A stretch of 64,000 bases of DNA from a virus. The stretch lies in IMG/VR virus record IMGVR_UViG_3300020404_000006, one strand, 5' to 3'. Positions 28,151 through 36,007 of this stretch are shown here, piece by piece. A program made the position numbers and the translations under genes. The stretch's first letter is position 1. Each line of letters begins with the position of its first letter. The notes under the pieces are model-generated. The model ran no database searches and was not told the DNA's origin. It worked only from the letters and a program-made list of their open reading frames with translations.

Positions 28151-28399
28151 TCAGGAGGCATCATTGGAGAAAACCCTATGTTCTTTTAGATATTTTAATG
28201 TTTGATTTGCGTTTCCGATAACCTTATTATCTAACATTACTTGAGGCAAATCAATCACATCTGGGAATTTGAGTTCAAATTCCTCTGCTGTGTAGTCTTT
28301 GTTTAATTCTTTGTAGACATAATCTCTACCTAACATTTCAAAGACCGTTTTGACCTTATAACACATGGGGCATTCTTCTTTCCCATAAATTGTAAACAT
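28151..28399 (-). CDS. nrdC: Glutaredoxin
   Basis: FTIYGKEECPMC, LPQV. Confidence 0.85.
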   Translation of the reverse strand: MFTIYGKEECPMCYKVKTVFEMLGRDYVYKELNKDYTAEEFELKFPDVIDLPQVMLDNKVIGNANQTLKYLKEHRVFSNDAS

Positions 28400-28401
28400 A
28401 A

Positions 28402-28640
28402 TTAATACCTAATTACTTCTACTTTTTCCCACTCACATTGATAGACAAGTAAACCTCCGAGTGTTTCTTCGTTATAGCATACTGTAAAGTATGATTGTAG
28501 TTTTTTACCGTCAAGTCTCCTTTTGGGAGCGTCTTGAGAATCTACAAAAAGAACCCGACCTTCTAGTGGTTTTCCACCTAAAACATCAGGTACTCTAACT
28601 ACTGATCCTTCACGAATAGATCTCGTTTTCGCAGTGTCTA
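28402..28640 (-). CDS. Hypothetical SH3-like protein, start uncertain
   Basis: C-terminal part of track ORF 28402..28803 (IREGSVVRVPDVLGG...) looks protein-like; upstream part overlaps another ORF. Confidence 0.4.
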
Positions 28641-28810
28641 AGAAAATGGGCTTCGATTCCGTTGGTGTCTGCTTTCCCTTGCGATACCCAGATATCGCAG
28701 AATTCGTAGAGTTGTCGGACATGAGAGAGGGTGTTGTATTTTTTGAGAGCGAGGAAGGTCTTTTGACGGATGGCCATGCGCTCTTCATTATAACGCCAGT
28801 CATTCACCAT
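28610..28810 (-). CDS. Hypothetical protein (66 aa)
   Basis: DWRYNEERMAIRQ...YEFCDIWV; operon overlap. Confidence 0.6.
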   Translation of the reverse strand: MVNDWRYNEERMAIRQKTFLALKKYNTLSHVRQLYEFCDIWVSQGKADTNGIEAHFLRHCENEIYS

Positions 28811-29009
28811 CTTCCTTACTCTCCTTGATTGCTCTATCTAGTTTATCAAAGAGCCCATCGGTAGTCATCAAAGTCTCTATGTGAGATAACATACCTCCCA
28901 ACTCCCTACAAATGTAAGGTCTTTCTGTTCTTGCAGCGAAGGCGAGAGCTTCTCGAATGTTCCTCTCCGCCTCTTTCATACTGTCTTCTACTTGTTTAGA
29001 TAATGCCAT
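28800..29009 (-). CDS. Conserved hypothetical protein (69 aa)
   Basis: MALSKQVEDSMKEAERNIREALAFAARTERP; start abuts talC stop. Confidence 0.65.
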   Translation of the reverse strand: MALSKQVEDSMKEAERNIREALAFAARTERPYICRELGGMLSHIETLMTTDGLFDKLDRAIKESKEDGE

Positions 29010-29662
29010 CAGTTTTTCTGAATTGAATCCCAATCTTTCTGGAACAGGTCAAGTCCTTTGTCTGTAAGAATATGATTATACATCTTATCGAATACACCAA
29101 CAGGTAATGTACAAACATCACTACCAGCACCAAAACAACGTCCTACATGATGAACATCTCTTAGAGATGCAGAAAGAACCTGAGTTCTTGCAAGGTGTTC
29201 ACGATATACAGCAGAGATTGTCTGTACAAGTGAAACTCCAGAGAAGGAATTGTCATTCAACCTTCCAACAAAAGGAGAAACATATGTTGCATCTGCTTTT
29301 GCAGCAAGAATCGCCTGGGAAACAGAGAATACCAAAGTCACATTGGTAGTGAATCCATCGGATACAAGTAACTTACATGCTTTCAGTCCTTCAACTGTAC
29401 ATGGAACTTTGATAGTCACATTCTTCATTTCTTTGAAGACTTGAGCCTGTTCAATCATGTCCAGAGCATTATCTGCAACAACTTCAGCAGAGATAGACTC
29501 AAAATGAGGGAAGTCCTGAGAGAGTTGTCTAATGACCTCTACAGGGTCTCTACCGCTTTTGCGGATAAGTGTGGGGTTTGTAGTTACGCCGTCAATCAGA
29601 CCCGACTGGTCACGTTTGGCGATTTCATCATATTCTGCTGTGTCAAGAAAGATTTTCATCAT
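29009..29662 (-). CDS. talC: Transaldolase (TalC/MipB type)
   Basis: IFLDTA, GVTTNPTL, SAEV (Glu), VTIKVP (Schiff-base Lys), NVTLVFS, YVSPFVGR (Phe: transaldolase rather than FSA). Confidence 0.96.
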   Translation of the reverse strand: MMKIFLDTAEYDEIAKRDQSGLIDGVTTNPTLIRKSGRDPVEVIRQLSQDFPHFESISAEVVADNALDMIEQAQVFKEMKNVTIKVPCTVEGLKACKLLVSDGFTTNVTLVFSVSQAILAAKADATYVSPFVGRLNDNSFSGVSLVQTISAVYREHLARTQVLSASLRDVHHVGRCFGAGSDVCTLPVGVFDKMYNHILTDKGLDLFQKDWDSIQKN

Positions 29663-29807
29663 TTGGTTTGGGTTTTTTGTAAAGTTTCTTTATTAACTTG
29701 GCGTATTTCACGTCCTCTTCAGTATACCAGCTAGGATGCTTTTTTGCAACCTTTATTAGTCGTTTTGCTGTTTTTCTCTGATCCTTTCTAATGATTTCGT
29801 CCAACAT
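29643..29807 (-). CDS. Small basic hypothetical protein (54 aa, ...AKKHPSWYTEEDVKYAKLIK...)
   Basis: Hand-translated; overlaps talC start. Confidence 0.55.
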   Translation of the reverse strand: MLDEIIRKDQRKTAKRLIKVAKKHPSWYTEEDVKYAKLIKKLYKKPKPNDENLS

Positions 29808-29938
29808 GTTCGCTCTTTTTCTCTACTCCGTGTTTTACTATTTAACACACCAGATAGGTAAAAGTACGCTTTGGAACCATAACATCCAGATTCTCTTAAC
29901 TTTCTGACAATCAAGAGTTGTTCTTCTAGTATGTTCAA
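29756..29938 (-). CDS. Hypothetical protein
   Basis: ORF track; ATGA overlap with upstream ORF. Confidence 0.45.
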   Translation of the reverse strand: MNILEEQLLIVRKLRESGCYGSKAYFYLSGVLNSKTRSREKERTCWTKSLERIREKQQND

Positions 29939-30129
29939 CGTCTTAGTGTCTGCAAGTAGTTCAGAACCTCCTCACGAATCCACATTAGTTCGTTATAGCA
30001 ACCTTGATTATGAGCACAAGATCTAAGTTTAGAGTCTGGTTGATGAACAGATTCAATAAAGATGTCAAGTCCACGATTCCATTTAACATCTTGAGATTCA
30101 TGTTCGTCTATCTTAAGTCTGTCATTCAT
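29935..30129 (-). CDS. Conserved cyanophage hypothetical protein
   Basis: KWNRGLDIFIESVHQPD..LRSCAHNQ.CYNELM. Confidence 0.7.
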   Translation of the reverse strand: MNDRLKIDEHESQDVKWNRGLDIFIESVHQPDSKLRSCAHNQGCYNELMWIREEVLNYLQTLRR

Positions 30130-30431
30130 AATTCTAAAGGTTTCGGAGGGTTTTCTGGGTGTTCGGTGCAGTATTTATCAGCACCAGTGACTATTTTTAC
30201 TTGTTCAATGGTCATCCACTGCTTTTCCATCTCCGATACCAAATAAGAAATCTTTTTGTTCTGTATATCTACAGTTTCTAAAAGATATGCAATGGTATGA
30301 GCAAGAGTTTGCCTATTACCATCCTCATCTTTGAGGTAAATTGAGTAGGATGTTCGGAATTTACGAACCAAGTGGATTCTTAGTATAACATAAAGAATCA
30401 GGTTAGTAAAGAGAATCCAGAAAAAAGTCAT
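30126..30431 (-). CDS. Membrane-anchored coiled-coil hypothetical protein
   Basis: N-terminal TM, ATGA overlaps. Confidence 0.6.
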   Translation of the reverse strand: MTFFWILFTNLILYVILRIHLVRKFRTSYSIYLKDEDGNRQTLAHTIAYLLETVDIQNKKISYLVSEMEKQWMTIEQVKIVTGADKYCTEHPENPPKPLEL

Positions 30432-31120
30432 TTCTTAAATTTCGATTTAACAAATCCAAAGGTCATTTTGGCGAAACTCCACAATACTGTCATGGCAGGG
30501 TATGGATCTCCCTCTGACAATTCATTGAACATATACATGTTCAAACGAAATGCGTAATTTGCTTCAACTATTACATCATTTTTTTCTGAACTCTTTAAAG
30601 GTAGAGAATCCAGTGCTTTACGATACTTATCTTTAAAGATTTTAGAATGAGGTATTTCGTCAAACTTGTAGAAGTCAAGACCTCCATCATACAAGTTAAG
30701 TGCCTTTTGTGCAATATTCTTAAGAATCATTCCACCAGATAAGTCACCCAAGTAACGTGTGTAGTGATGTCCTACAAGTAATTCTGGTTCTACCTCTTCA
30801 ATACGAGCAATGTACTGTTTGGCAGCGGCAGAAGGAGATACTGTCTTTTTCCAATCAGATCCATAAAAATACTCACAATCTCTTGCTAAAGAATCAACTC
30901 TCTTGAGTTGATCAAAGGCAATAGGAGCGATTGCAGGGTGTTCCTTATTTTTGTCAATTTCTTTTTCAAGAGCTTGATAGACAAAATAGAAATTAGCAAC
31001 CAGTTTCCTGTAATTCTCCTTACTGATGACACCAGAGAGAAAATTGGAAACAAATCCAGTGTTTTCTGCAGCGGTATGAGAAACCTTGGTGCCTTCTTTG
31101 ATTTCTTTTGAAAAATTCAT
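30428..31120 (-). CDS. ho1: Heme oxygenase
   Basis: IKEGTKVSHTAAEN (proximal His), HHYTRYLGDLSGG, EANYAFRLN. Confidence 0.95.
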   Translation of the reverse strand: MNFSKEIKEGTKVSHTAAENTGFVSNFLSGVISKENYRKLVANFYFVYQALEKEIDKNKEHPAIAPIAFDQLKRVDSLARDCEYFYGSDWKKTVSPSAAAKQYIARIEEVEPELLVGHHYTRYLGDLSGGMILKNIAQKALNLYDGGLDFYKFDEIPHSKIFKDKYRKALDSLPLKSSEKNDVIVEANYAFRLNMYMFNELSEGDPYPAMTVLWSFAKMTFGFVKSKFKK

Positions 31121-31126
31121 AATGTC

Positions 31127-31155
31127 ATTATAGTGTGTCTTTCTCTTTTTGTCCA
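31127..31155 (-). promoter_or_regulatory. sigma70-type promoter of ho1
   Basis: TGGACA-17 nt-TATAAT. Confidence 0.65.
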
Positions 31156-31242
31156 GCTGGATGGAAAGAGTATTCATTATCCCATTTAAACTTGGTATTG
31201 TTCAACACATGCTTTTTTTTAAAAAGTCTATTAAACAGTCTT

Positions 31243-31719
31243 TTAATCTTCTGAATCATTTTTCTTTATATAATCAACAAATAAAATGCCTTCTAGATGG
31301 TCAATTTCATGTTGAACTACCCTTGCGGCAATACCATCTAGTTTCCATTTCTTATATTTACCCTCTTTATTCTGGAAGGTTATTTTTATCTCTTTTGGAC
31401 GTAATACCTCCCCATTTTGGTCTGGAACGCTCAAACACCCTTCATCAAATAAGACCTTTTCTTCACTTTTCCACGTTATTTTTGGATTTACCATCAAATG
31501 AGCATATTTGCCATGTTCCTCTGTTGTCTCATCTACTATTATCACTCTTTTATTGATTCCTATCTGTGGTGCTGCTAAACCAATACCATCTGCTTCCCAC
31601 ATAGCATCACACATGTCTTTATAGAGTTCTGTCATTTCCTTTTTATCAAAAACGACTTCCTCAGAGATAACTCTGAGGCATCTATCTCCAATAGTTTTAA
31701 TCTTCTTCGGGGAAGTCAT
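31243..31719 (-). CDS. def: Peptide deformylase
   Basis: All three motifs: GIGLAAPQIG, EGCLS, QHEIDHLEG. Confidence 0.96.
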   Translation of the reverse strand: MTSPKKIKTIGDRCLRVISEEVVFDKKEMTELYKDMCDAMWEADGIGLAAPQIGINKRVIIVDETTEEHGKYAHLMVNPKITWKSEEKVLFDEGCLSVPDQNGEVLRPKEIKITFQNKEGKYKKWKLDGIAARVVQHEIDHLEGILFVDYIKKNDSED

Positions 31720-31822
31720 ATGGTCCTTTTAGTTTACGTTCTAGTTCTCTTTCATCAAGAACTTCATGTAATAGTTTTTTAATTTCTTGTTTTAATTTAT
31801 CTGAGAGCAATTCAAGAGTCAT
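31697..31822 (-). CDS. Small hypothetical protein (41 aa)
   Basis: Hand-translated MTLELLSDKLKQEIKKLLHEVLDERE...; overlaps neighbours. Confidence 0.5.
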   Translation of the reverse strand: MTLELLSDKLKQEIKKLLHEVLDERELERKLKGPYDFPEED

Positions 31823-32054
31823 GGTCATGTCCACCAAGATTACTGAACCTCTCATTACGCCCATGTCCGTGAGCAATACCTAATTCATGCTCTCTTGCAT
31901 GTTCGGCAATTTCATCTTTGAGATCTTTACCCCCTGCACCAAAAGTCATGTATAGTCCGTACACAACTGTTGCCAGTAGTAAAACACCTAAAAATACTGC
32001 ATATGCAGCTCCACCTTGCAATTCTGCATGTGGTATTAAAGTAATAAAAGTCAT
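31812..32054 (-). CDS. PsbN-like single-TM protein with His-rich extension
   Basis: TM helix then YGLYMTFGAGGKDLKDEIAEH, resembling PsbN YALYTAFG...LRDPFEEH. Confidence 0.6.
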   Translation of the reverse strand: MTFITLIPHAELQGGAAYAVFLGVLLLATVVYGLYMTFGAGGKDLKDEIAEHAREHELGIAHGHGRNERFSNLGGHDHDS

Positions 32055-32296
32055 CTTCGTACAATAAAAACATCATCTTCGCCATCTTCATCTTCATCTC
32101 TTTGAGGATTGAAGACTAATAGCTGTTCTCCAGACTGTACATCTTGCATTTCTGGATGTAAGTCGGATCTCTTGGTTTTTGTCGGTTTGTTCATTTCATC
32201 AAACGTCGCAGTCATAGTTTTGAACATAAACGCAAATGTCGCCCCAAATAGAGCGACAAAAAAGGTCAAATACAAAAATACCATGAAATCGTTCAT
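32051..32296 (-). CDS. DUF2973-like membrane protein
   Basis: TM helix, HPEM....GEQLLVF motif. Confidence 0.65.
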   Translation of the reverse strand: MNDFMVFLYLTFFVALFGATFAFMFKTMTATFDEMNKPTKTKRSDLHPEMQDVQSGEQLLVFNPQRDEDEDGEDDVFIVRR

Positions 32297-32625
32297 CTGT
32301 TGAATATCTTTTGGATAGGAACTTGCCTCAATTTATCTATAACGTCAACTTCGACTCTATCTACGATCTTGTCTAATAAATCGATATCAATCTGCATGAA
32401 TGGAGGAATGACACCTAGTAAACGAAGTAATCCGTCTACAAATAGAGCAAGAGTGGTAAATCCAAGAATCATAGAGATAACTGTTGCATCTCTATTGTGT
32501 TTTGCCATAGATGCCTCATCAATCTTTCTCGCCTCGTCTATAGCGTATTTGATGAGTTCGTCAACTTCTTCTTTTGTGTATGTATCCCTTTTTGGTTTAT
32601 ACACGTCGGAAATAGGTAAATCCAT
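32293..32625 (-). CDS. Conserved cyanobacterial/cyanophage membrane protein
   Basis: KHNRDATVISMILGFTTLALFVDGLLRLLGVIPPF; start trimmed to MDLPI. Confidence 0.7.
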   Translation of the reverse strand: MDLPISDVYKPKRDTYTKEEVDELIKYAIDEARKIDEASMAKHNRDATVISMILGFTTLALFVDGLLRLLGVIPPFMQIDIDLLDKIVDRVEVDVIDKLRQVPIQKIFNR

Positions 32626-32650
32626 AAGCTGACCCTGTAGGACAGAAAAA

Positions 32651-32696
32651 TACCCGAATTTTTTTTGCAGCTTTTTAGGTTTTAAAAGCTGATTTT
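32651..32696. repeat. 46-bp dispersed intergenic repeat, copy A
   Basis: TACCCGAA-T8-GCAGCTTTTT-AGGT-TTTAAAAGCTGATTTT; 43/46 identical to 36362..36407. Confidence 0.85.
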
Positions 32697-32704
32697 CGTT
32701 TTGG

Positions 32705-32974
32705 CTAGTATCGATCTGGAATTTTGTCATAACTTTCACGGTAGTCTAGAGGTTTCGCTTGTCGGATACATCCAACAGCTCTTTCAAAACAAACTGAATT
32801 GAATCTGCCATCTACTCCGATCAACTTTATCTTAGTATGTTGAGAACGAATCTCAACTTCTTCTACTAAGTATGTATTTCCTTTGATAAGTTTGAGCTGA
32901 GGATCATCGTTGTTCCCCCACCTAACTTGCTCAGGTGTACAACCCAAAAATCTGACTTGATCTCCTATTTTCAT
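32705..32974 (-). CDS. Hypothetical SH3-like protein
   Basis: MKIGDQVRFLGC...Y.VEEVEIRSQHTKI.L.GVDG.FNSVCF. Confidence 0.7.
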   Translation of the reverse strand: MKIGDQVRFLGCTPEQVRWGNNDDPQLKLIKGNTYLVEEVEIRSQHTKIKLIGVDGRFNSVCFERAVGCIRQAKPLDYRESYDKIPDRY

Positions 32975-33073
32975 AGTCCTCTGTGTGGATCATAATATAA
33001 AAGTGTCCATGCAATGTAAATGGTTGCTAGGACACTAGGAATTAGTACTAAAGGCATTGTAATGCGTAATTGT

Positions 33074-33223
33074 TTAAATTATATCGGGATTTTGCTCCTC
33101 TGTCAAGGGGAATCCCATTGTTTTTATTTCGAGTAACTCTCTAAGGAAGCGAACCTCCTGTTTAAGTTTCTCGTTTTCCTTTTCTAGGAAGTCGCAGTGT
33201 TCTGCGTAGATAATAATGCTCAT
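33074..33223 (-). CDS. Small coiled-coil hypothetical protein (49 aa, MSIIIYAEHCDFLEKENEKLKQEV...)
   Basis: Hand-translated. Confidence 0.6.
   Translation of the reverse strand: MSIIIYAEHCDFLEKENEKLKQEVRFLRELLEIKTMGFPLTEEQNPDII
33078..33106 (-). promoter_or_regulatory. Consensus sigma70 promoter
   Basis: TTGACA-17 nt-TATAAT. Confidence 0.75.
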
Positions 33224-33232
33224 AAATGCGAA

Positions 33233-33254
33233 GAGACCCCCTTTCGGAGGTCTC
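33233..33254 (-). terminator. GNRA-capped hairpin, probable terminator or processing site
   Basis: GAGACCTCC-GAAA-GGGGGTCTC then TTCGCATTT. Confidence 0.6.
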
Positions 33255-33278
33255 AGAGTTTAGTTCATTGGTTTTTAA

Positions 33279-33443
33279 TTACCTTAAGATTTCGGTACAT
33301 ACTTGTCTGCAATAATTGTCCGTACAATCTATCATGCAGTCGAAGTATTCGTCGATTAGATTGTCTTGAGAATATTCAAGCGTCTTTATATCGTCGTGAT
33401 GAATCCATTCTGCCATTTGATTGTGGGACATCCGATTTCGCAT
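33279..33443 (-). CDS. Small Cys-rich hypothetical protein (54 aa, ...EYFDCMIDCTDNYCRQVCTEILR)
   Basis: Hand-translated, AGAGGAG-like RBS upstream. Confidence 0.6.
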   Translation of the reverse strand: MRNRMSHNQMAEWIHHDDIKTLEYSQDNLIDEYFDCMIDCTDNYCRQVCTEILR

Positions 33444-33713
33444 AAATTTCTTCTCCTCTGAATTGTGGTCTACATAACGAAGTTTAGCATCACTTCATCT
33501 TGTTCGTCCTAATTCTACCATTATTTATATAATGATCCCCGATATTTGTGTTGAACTTCACACACTGTAATGGCGTATTTTTACCCAAGAATTAATACTT
33601 ACGATCATTCATATAAACCATTGTCAGAAAACATGCAGTAATGGCAACAGTTCCTGACAATGCTAATATTGTTGTTTGTACTACGTCCACTAAATTTACT
33701 TAACATAACGTAA

Positions 33714-33721
33714 TATTTATA
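33714..33721 (-). promoter_or_regulatory. T4-type late promoter
   Basis: TATAAATA consensus (another at 33522..33529). Confidence 0.45.
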
Positions 33722-33904
33722 CTACCAATCACCTTCTGAGTTCAAAGAGTCCTGATATTCCATATTGTTTTTACAATAGGCGTGAACATCTATCTCCATT
33801 TTATGATGAGCACGAGTGTGAATTACTTGTATCATTCCCACTGATCCTACAAGACATAGGTTCATAACTGTCAATGGATGACCCAAATACCTCAGATACT
33901 TCAC
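33722..33904 (-). CDS. Hypothetical membrane protein
   Basis: ORF track. Confidence 0.55.
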   Translation of the reverse strand: MKYLRYLGHPLTVMNLCLVGSVGMIQVIHTRAHHKMEIDVHAYCKNNMEYQDSLNSEGDW

Positions 33905-33910
33905 GGCAAT

Positions 33911-33937
33911 AAAAAACCTCTACAATATGTAGAGGTT
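33911..33937 (-). terminator. Rho-independent terminator after DUF4278 gene
   Basis: AACCTCTACA-TAT-TGTAGAGGTT followed by T-run on minus strand. Confidence 0.8.
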
Positions 33938-33968
33938 AAACGACAAGTATGTATTTGTCAACTGTCCA

Positions 33969-34112
33969 TCAGCTCTTAGATGCGAACTTGCGTTCTACCT
34001 TAATACCACGATACATTAGTTCGTGACGTTGCTTTTGAGCAGCTTCTGCGAGTACCTTTGCGTTGTACTCTGCGGTGTCATACTCGACACCTCTGTATGT
34101 GACCTTAGCCAT
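33969..34112 (-). CDS. DUF4278-family small protein (47 aa)
   Basis: MAKVTYRGVEYDT...LMYRGIK duplicated YRG motifs; AGGAG RBS. Confidence 0.85.
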   Translation of the reverse strand: MAKVTYRGVEYDTAEYNAKVLAEAAQKQRHELMYRGIKVERKFASKS

Positions 34113-34151
34113 TTGGTTTCTCCTGTAAGTAATAGGGGTTTGTGAAAACTC

Positions 34152-34333
34152 CGTTCCTTCAGTCGGCATTTGCGTCCCAGCACCCAGGCGTTGCGTCTTG
34201 TATAACAAGAACTAGTTCCGCCTTCTCGTACTCATTCATTGTGTTGTTCTTTACCACCCGATCTGTAAGATCGTATGCTTGGGAACACTCCAGTGAAGTA
34301 TAGAGTAGCAAGAGAGGTATCATGGGATGAACG
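34152..34333 (-). promoter_or_regulatory. Glutamine riboswitch-family aptamer 2 (glnA/Downstream-peptide type) with greatly expanded P2 loop
   Basis: CGTTCA-TCCCA...TGGGA-CGCAAATGCCGACTGAAGGAACG; directly upstream of DUF4278. Confidence 0.7.
34159..34323 (-). CDS. 54-aa ORF nested in aptamer 2 (MIPLLLLYTSLECSQAYDLTDRVVKNNTMNEYEKAELVLVIQDATPGCWDANAD)
   Basis: Hand-translated ATG..TGA, signal-like N-terminus, two Cys; not in ORF track. Confidence 0.65.
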   Translation of the reverse strand: MIPLLLLYTSLECSQAYDLTDRVVKNNTMNEYEKAELVLVIQDATPGCWDANAD

Positions 34334-34336
34334 ATC

Positions 34337-34397
34337 CGTTCCGTGTCGGCTTACTTGCGTCCCGCTTGGTCGCCAAAGGCAACTTGGGGGATGAACG
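34337..34397 (-). promoter_or_regulatory. Glutamine riboswitch-family aptamer 1
   Basis: CGTTCA-TCCC...GGGA-CGCAAGTAAGCCGACACGGAACG; P1 CGTTC/GGAACG. Confidence 0.8.
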
Positions 34398-34406
34398 TGT
34401 GTGTTA

Positions 34407-34435
34407 ATTATAACACATTTCAATTATTTATGCAA
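34407..34435 (-). promoter_or_regulatory. sigma70 promoter driving the riboswitch leader
   Basis: TTGCAT-17 nt-TATAAT, 10 nt upstream of aptamer 1. Confidence 0.8.
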
Positions 34436-34471
34436 GTTTTTTGTATCAATACCTACCGTAGTGATACAATT

Positions 34472-36007
34472 TTATGAAGATTTAAGATTGTCACCTAGCA
34501 CTAGAGTGTCTAGACCAGTTTCGTAAAATAGTTCCAAGGCATCCCCAAACCTTCCAGCTATGGGTTTACCACCATTATTTAGAGAGGTGTTGAGCAAGAC
34601 AGGTGATCCTGTCAACTTCTCAAACTCCTGTAGTAGACTGTAATAATCTTCCTGAGATTCATTTACTGTGTTGATTCTACATGTTCCATCTGCATGTGTG
34701 ATTGTAGGATACCTGTCTGGTTCTAATACATCAGTCACATATAACATGTATGGACTAGGACCATTCCAATCAAAATTTTCACTCACTTTCTCTTCTAATA
34801 CTGAGGCACCGAATGGTCTGAATGGTTCTCTGTGTTTTACCTTATTATTAATGTAGTCTTTACCATGAGGGTCAAAGGGGTTCATAAGAATACTTCTGTT
34901 ACCCAATGCTCTGGGACCTACCTCACCATGTCCTTGATACCATCCAACAATCTCACCTTTGGCGAGTCTCTCTGCGGTCTCCTTGATAGTTTTAGTGGAA
35001 GGTCTGTCAACAGGAGCCTGATCATCTTGCATGAAGGGGAATCCTTCTACAGGAAGTCTCATCATGTTATGTTCCCTTCTCAGAAACTCAATAGCACCGA
35101 GACTTAGACCCTGATCATATGCGTGTGGAGGTATGACCAGATTAGGTATAGCATCTTTCAATACCTTATTAATAATAGTATTTTGTGCTACACCACCAGA
35201 GTATCCCACTACATCATCTGGTTTGATGAACTCTTGGAAATGTCTGAGATAAATCTGTTCTGTATATTCATGTGCTGTATGAATATAATCCATGATGTAT
35301 TGTTGATCATGAAGATGTTGATCTATTACATCAAAATCCCATAATATTTCCAGATCATCTATACCTAGACTCTTATCACATACGTCTGGATTGTGTTTAC
35401 CAAACGCTTTCAGAGCCATGATCTTCCCTGCCTGATCTAAGTAGTGTCCACCTAATTGTAAGGCAGCACCCATCCTAGTCATAATAAATCCAAGACTGGG
35501 CGAACCCACTTGACTTGGATATATGCCTTCAGTCTTACCATAGTCTATGAGTTTATCATCTCTCCACACACTACGGTACATCCAATCATCACCAAATCCA
35601 TCAAAGACAAAGTGAAGATTAGGTTTGACCTTCATAGGCCAGAAACTTAGTGTATGTGCATAGTGATGATCTATTCTATGAATAGGGCATCTAAATCCCA
35701 AGTCTCTAAAGAAAGGTATTTCTACTACTTCTGATATCTCTTTGGAATTTATGGCAATGGATTGATGTACGACACCCATCCTTTCATATTCGGTTCCAGC
35801 ACAGTCCATGATGATACAGACACCATCAATAAACCAAGGTTGAATATTCCAATCCTCAAGTATTCTTGTCCATTGATATACTCCGTTCTCAAAACCAACA
35901 TGCTTACATTGGTAATCTCTCTCGAAAGATCTGTATCTTACAGTCTCACCATCATAGTATGTTACGTTTGCGTCATGAGCATCTAATCTCAAACCCAATA
36001 ATTTCAT
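34472..36007 (-). CDS. Carbamoyltransferase (NodU/CmcH family)
   Basis: HHYAH, DGFGD, GKIMAL..FG, GWYQG..EVGPRALGNRSIL, VKHREPFRPF, NTSLN. Confidence 0.92.
   Translation of the reverse strand: MKLLGLRLDAHDANVTYYDGETVRYRSFERDYQCKHVGFENGVYQWTRILEDWNIQPWFIDGVCIIMDCAGTEYERMGVVHQSIAINSKEISEVVEIPFFRDLGFRCPIHRIDHHYAHTLSFWPMKVKPNLHFVFDGFGDDWMYRSVWRDDKLIDYGKTEGIYPSQVGSPSLGFIMTRMGAALQLGGHYLDQAGKIMALKAFGKHNPDVCDKSLGIDDLEILWDFDVIDQHLHDQQYIMDYIHTAHEYTEQIYLRHFQEFIKPDDVVGYSGGVAQNTIINKVLKDAIPNLVIPPHAYDQGLSLGAIEFLRREHNMMRLPVEGFPFMQDDQAPVDRPSTKTIKETAERLAKGEIVGWYQGHGEVGPRALGNRSILMNPFDPHGKDYINNKVKHREPFRPFGASVLEEKVSENFDWNGPSPYMLYVTDVLEPDRYPTITHADGTCRINTVNESQEDYYSLLQEFEKLTGSPVLLNTSLNNGGKPIAGRFGDALELFYETGLDTLVLGDNLKSS

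Noticed and set aside
34232-34423. 63-aa track ORF across the riboswitch region
   Set aside because: Starts inside the promoter and reads through aptamer 1; the 54-aa ORF at 34159..34323 and the RNA motifs explain the region better.
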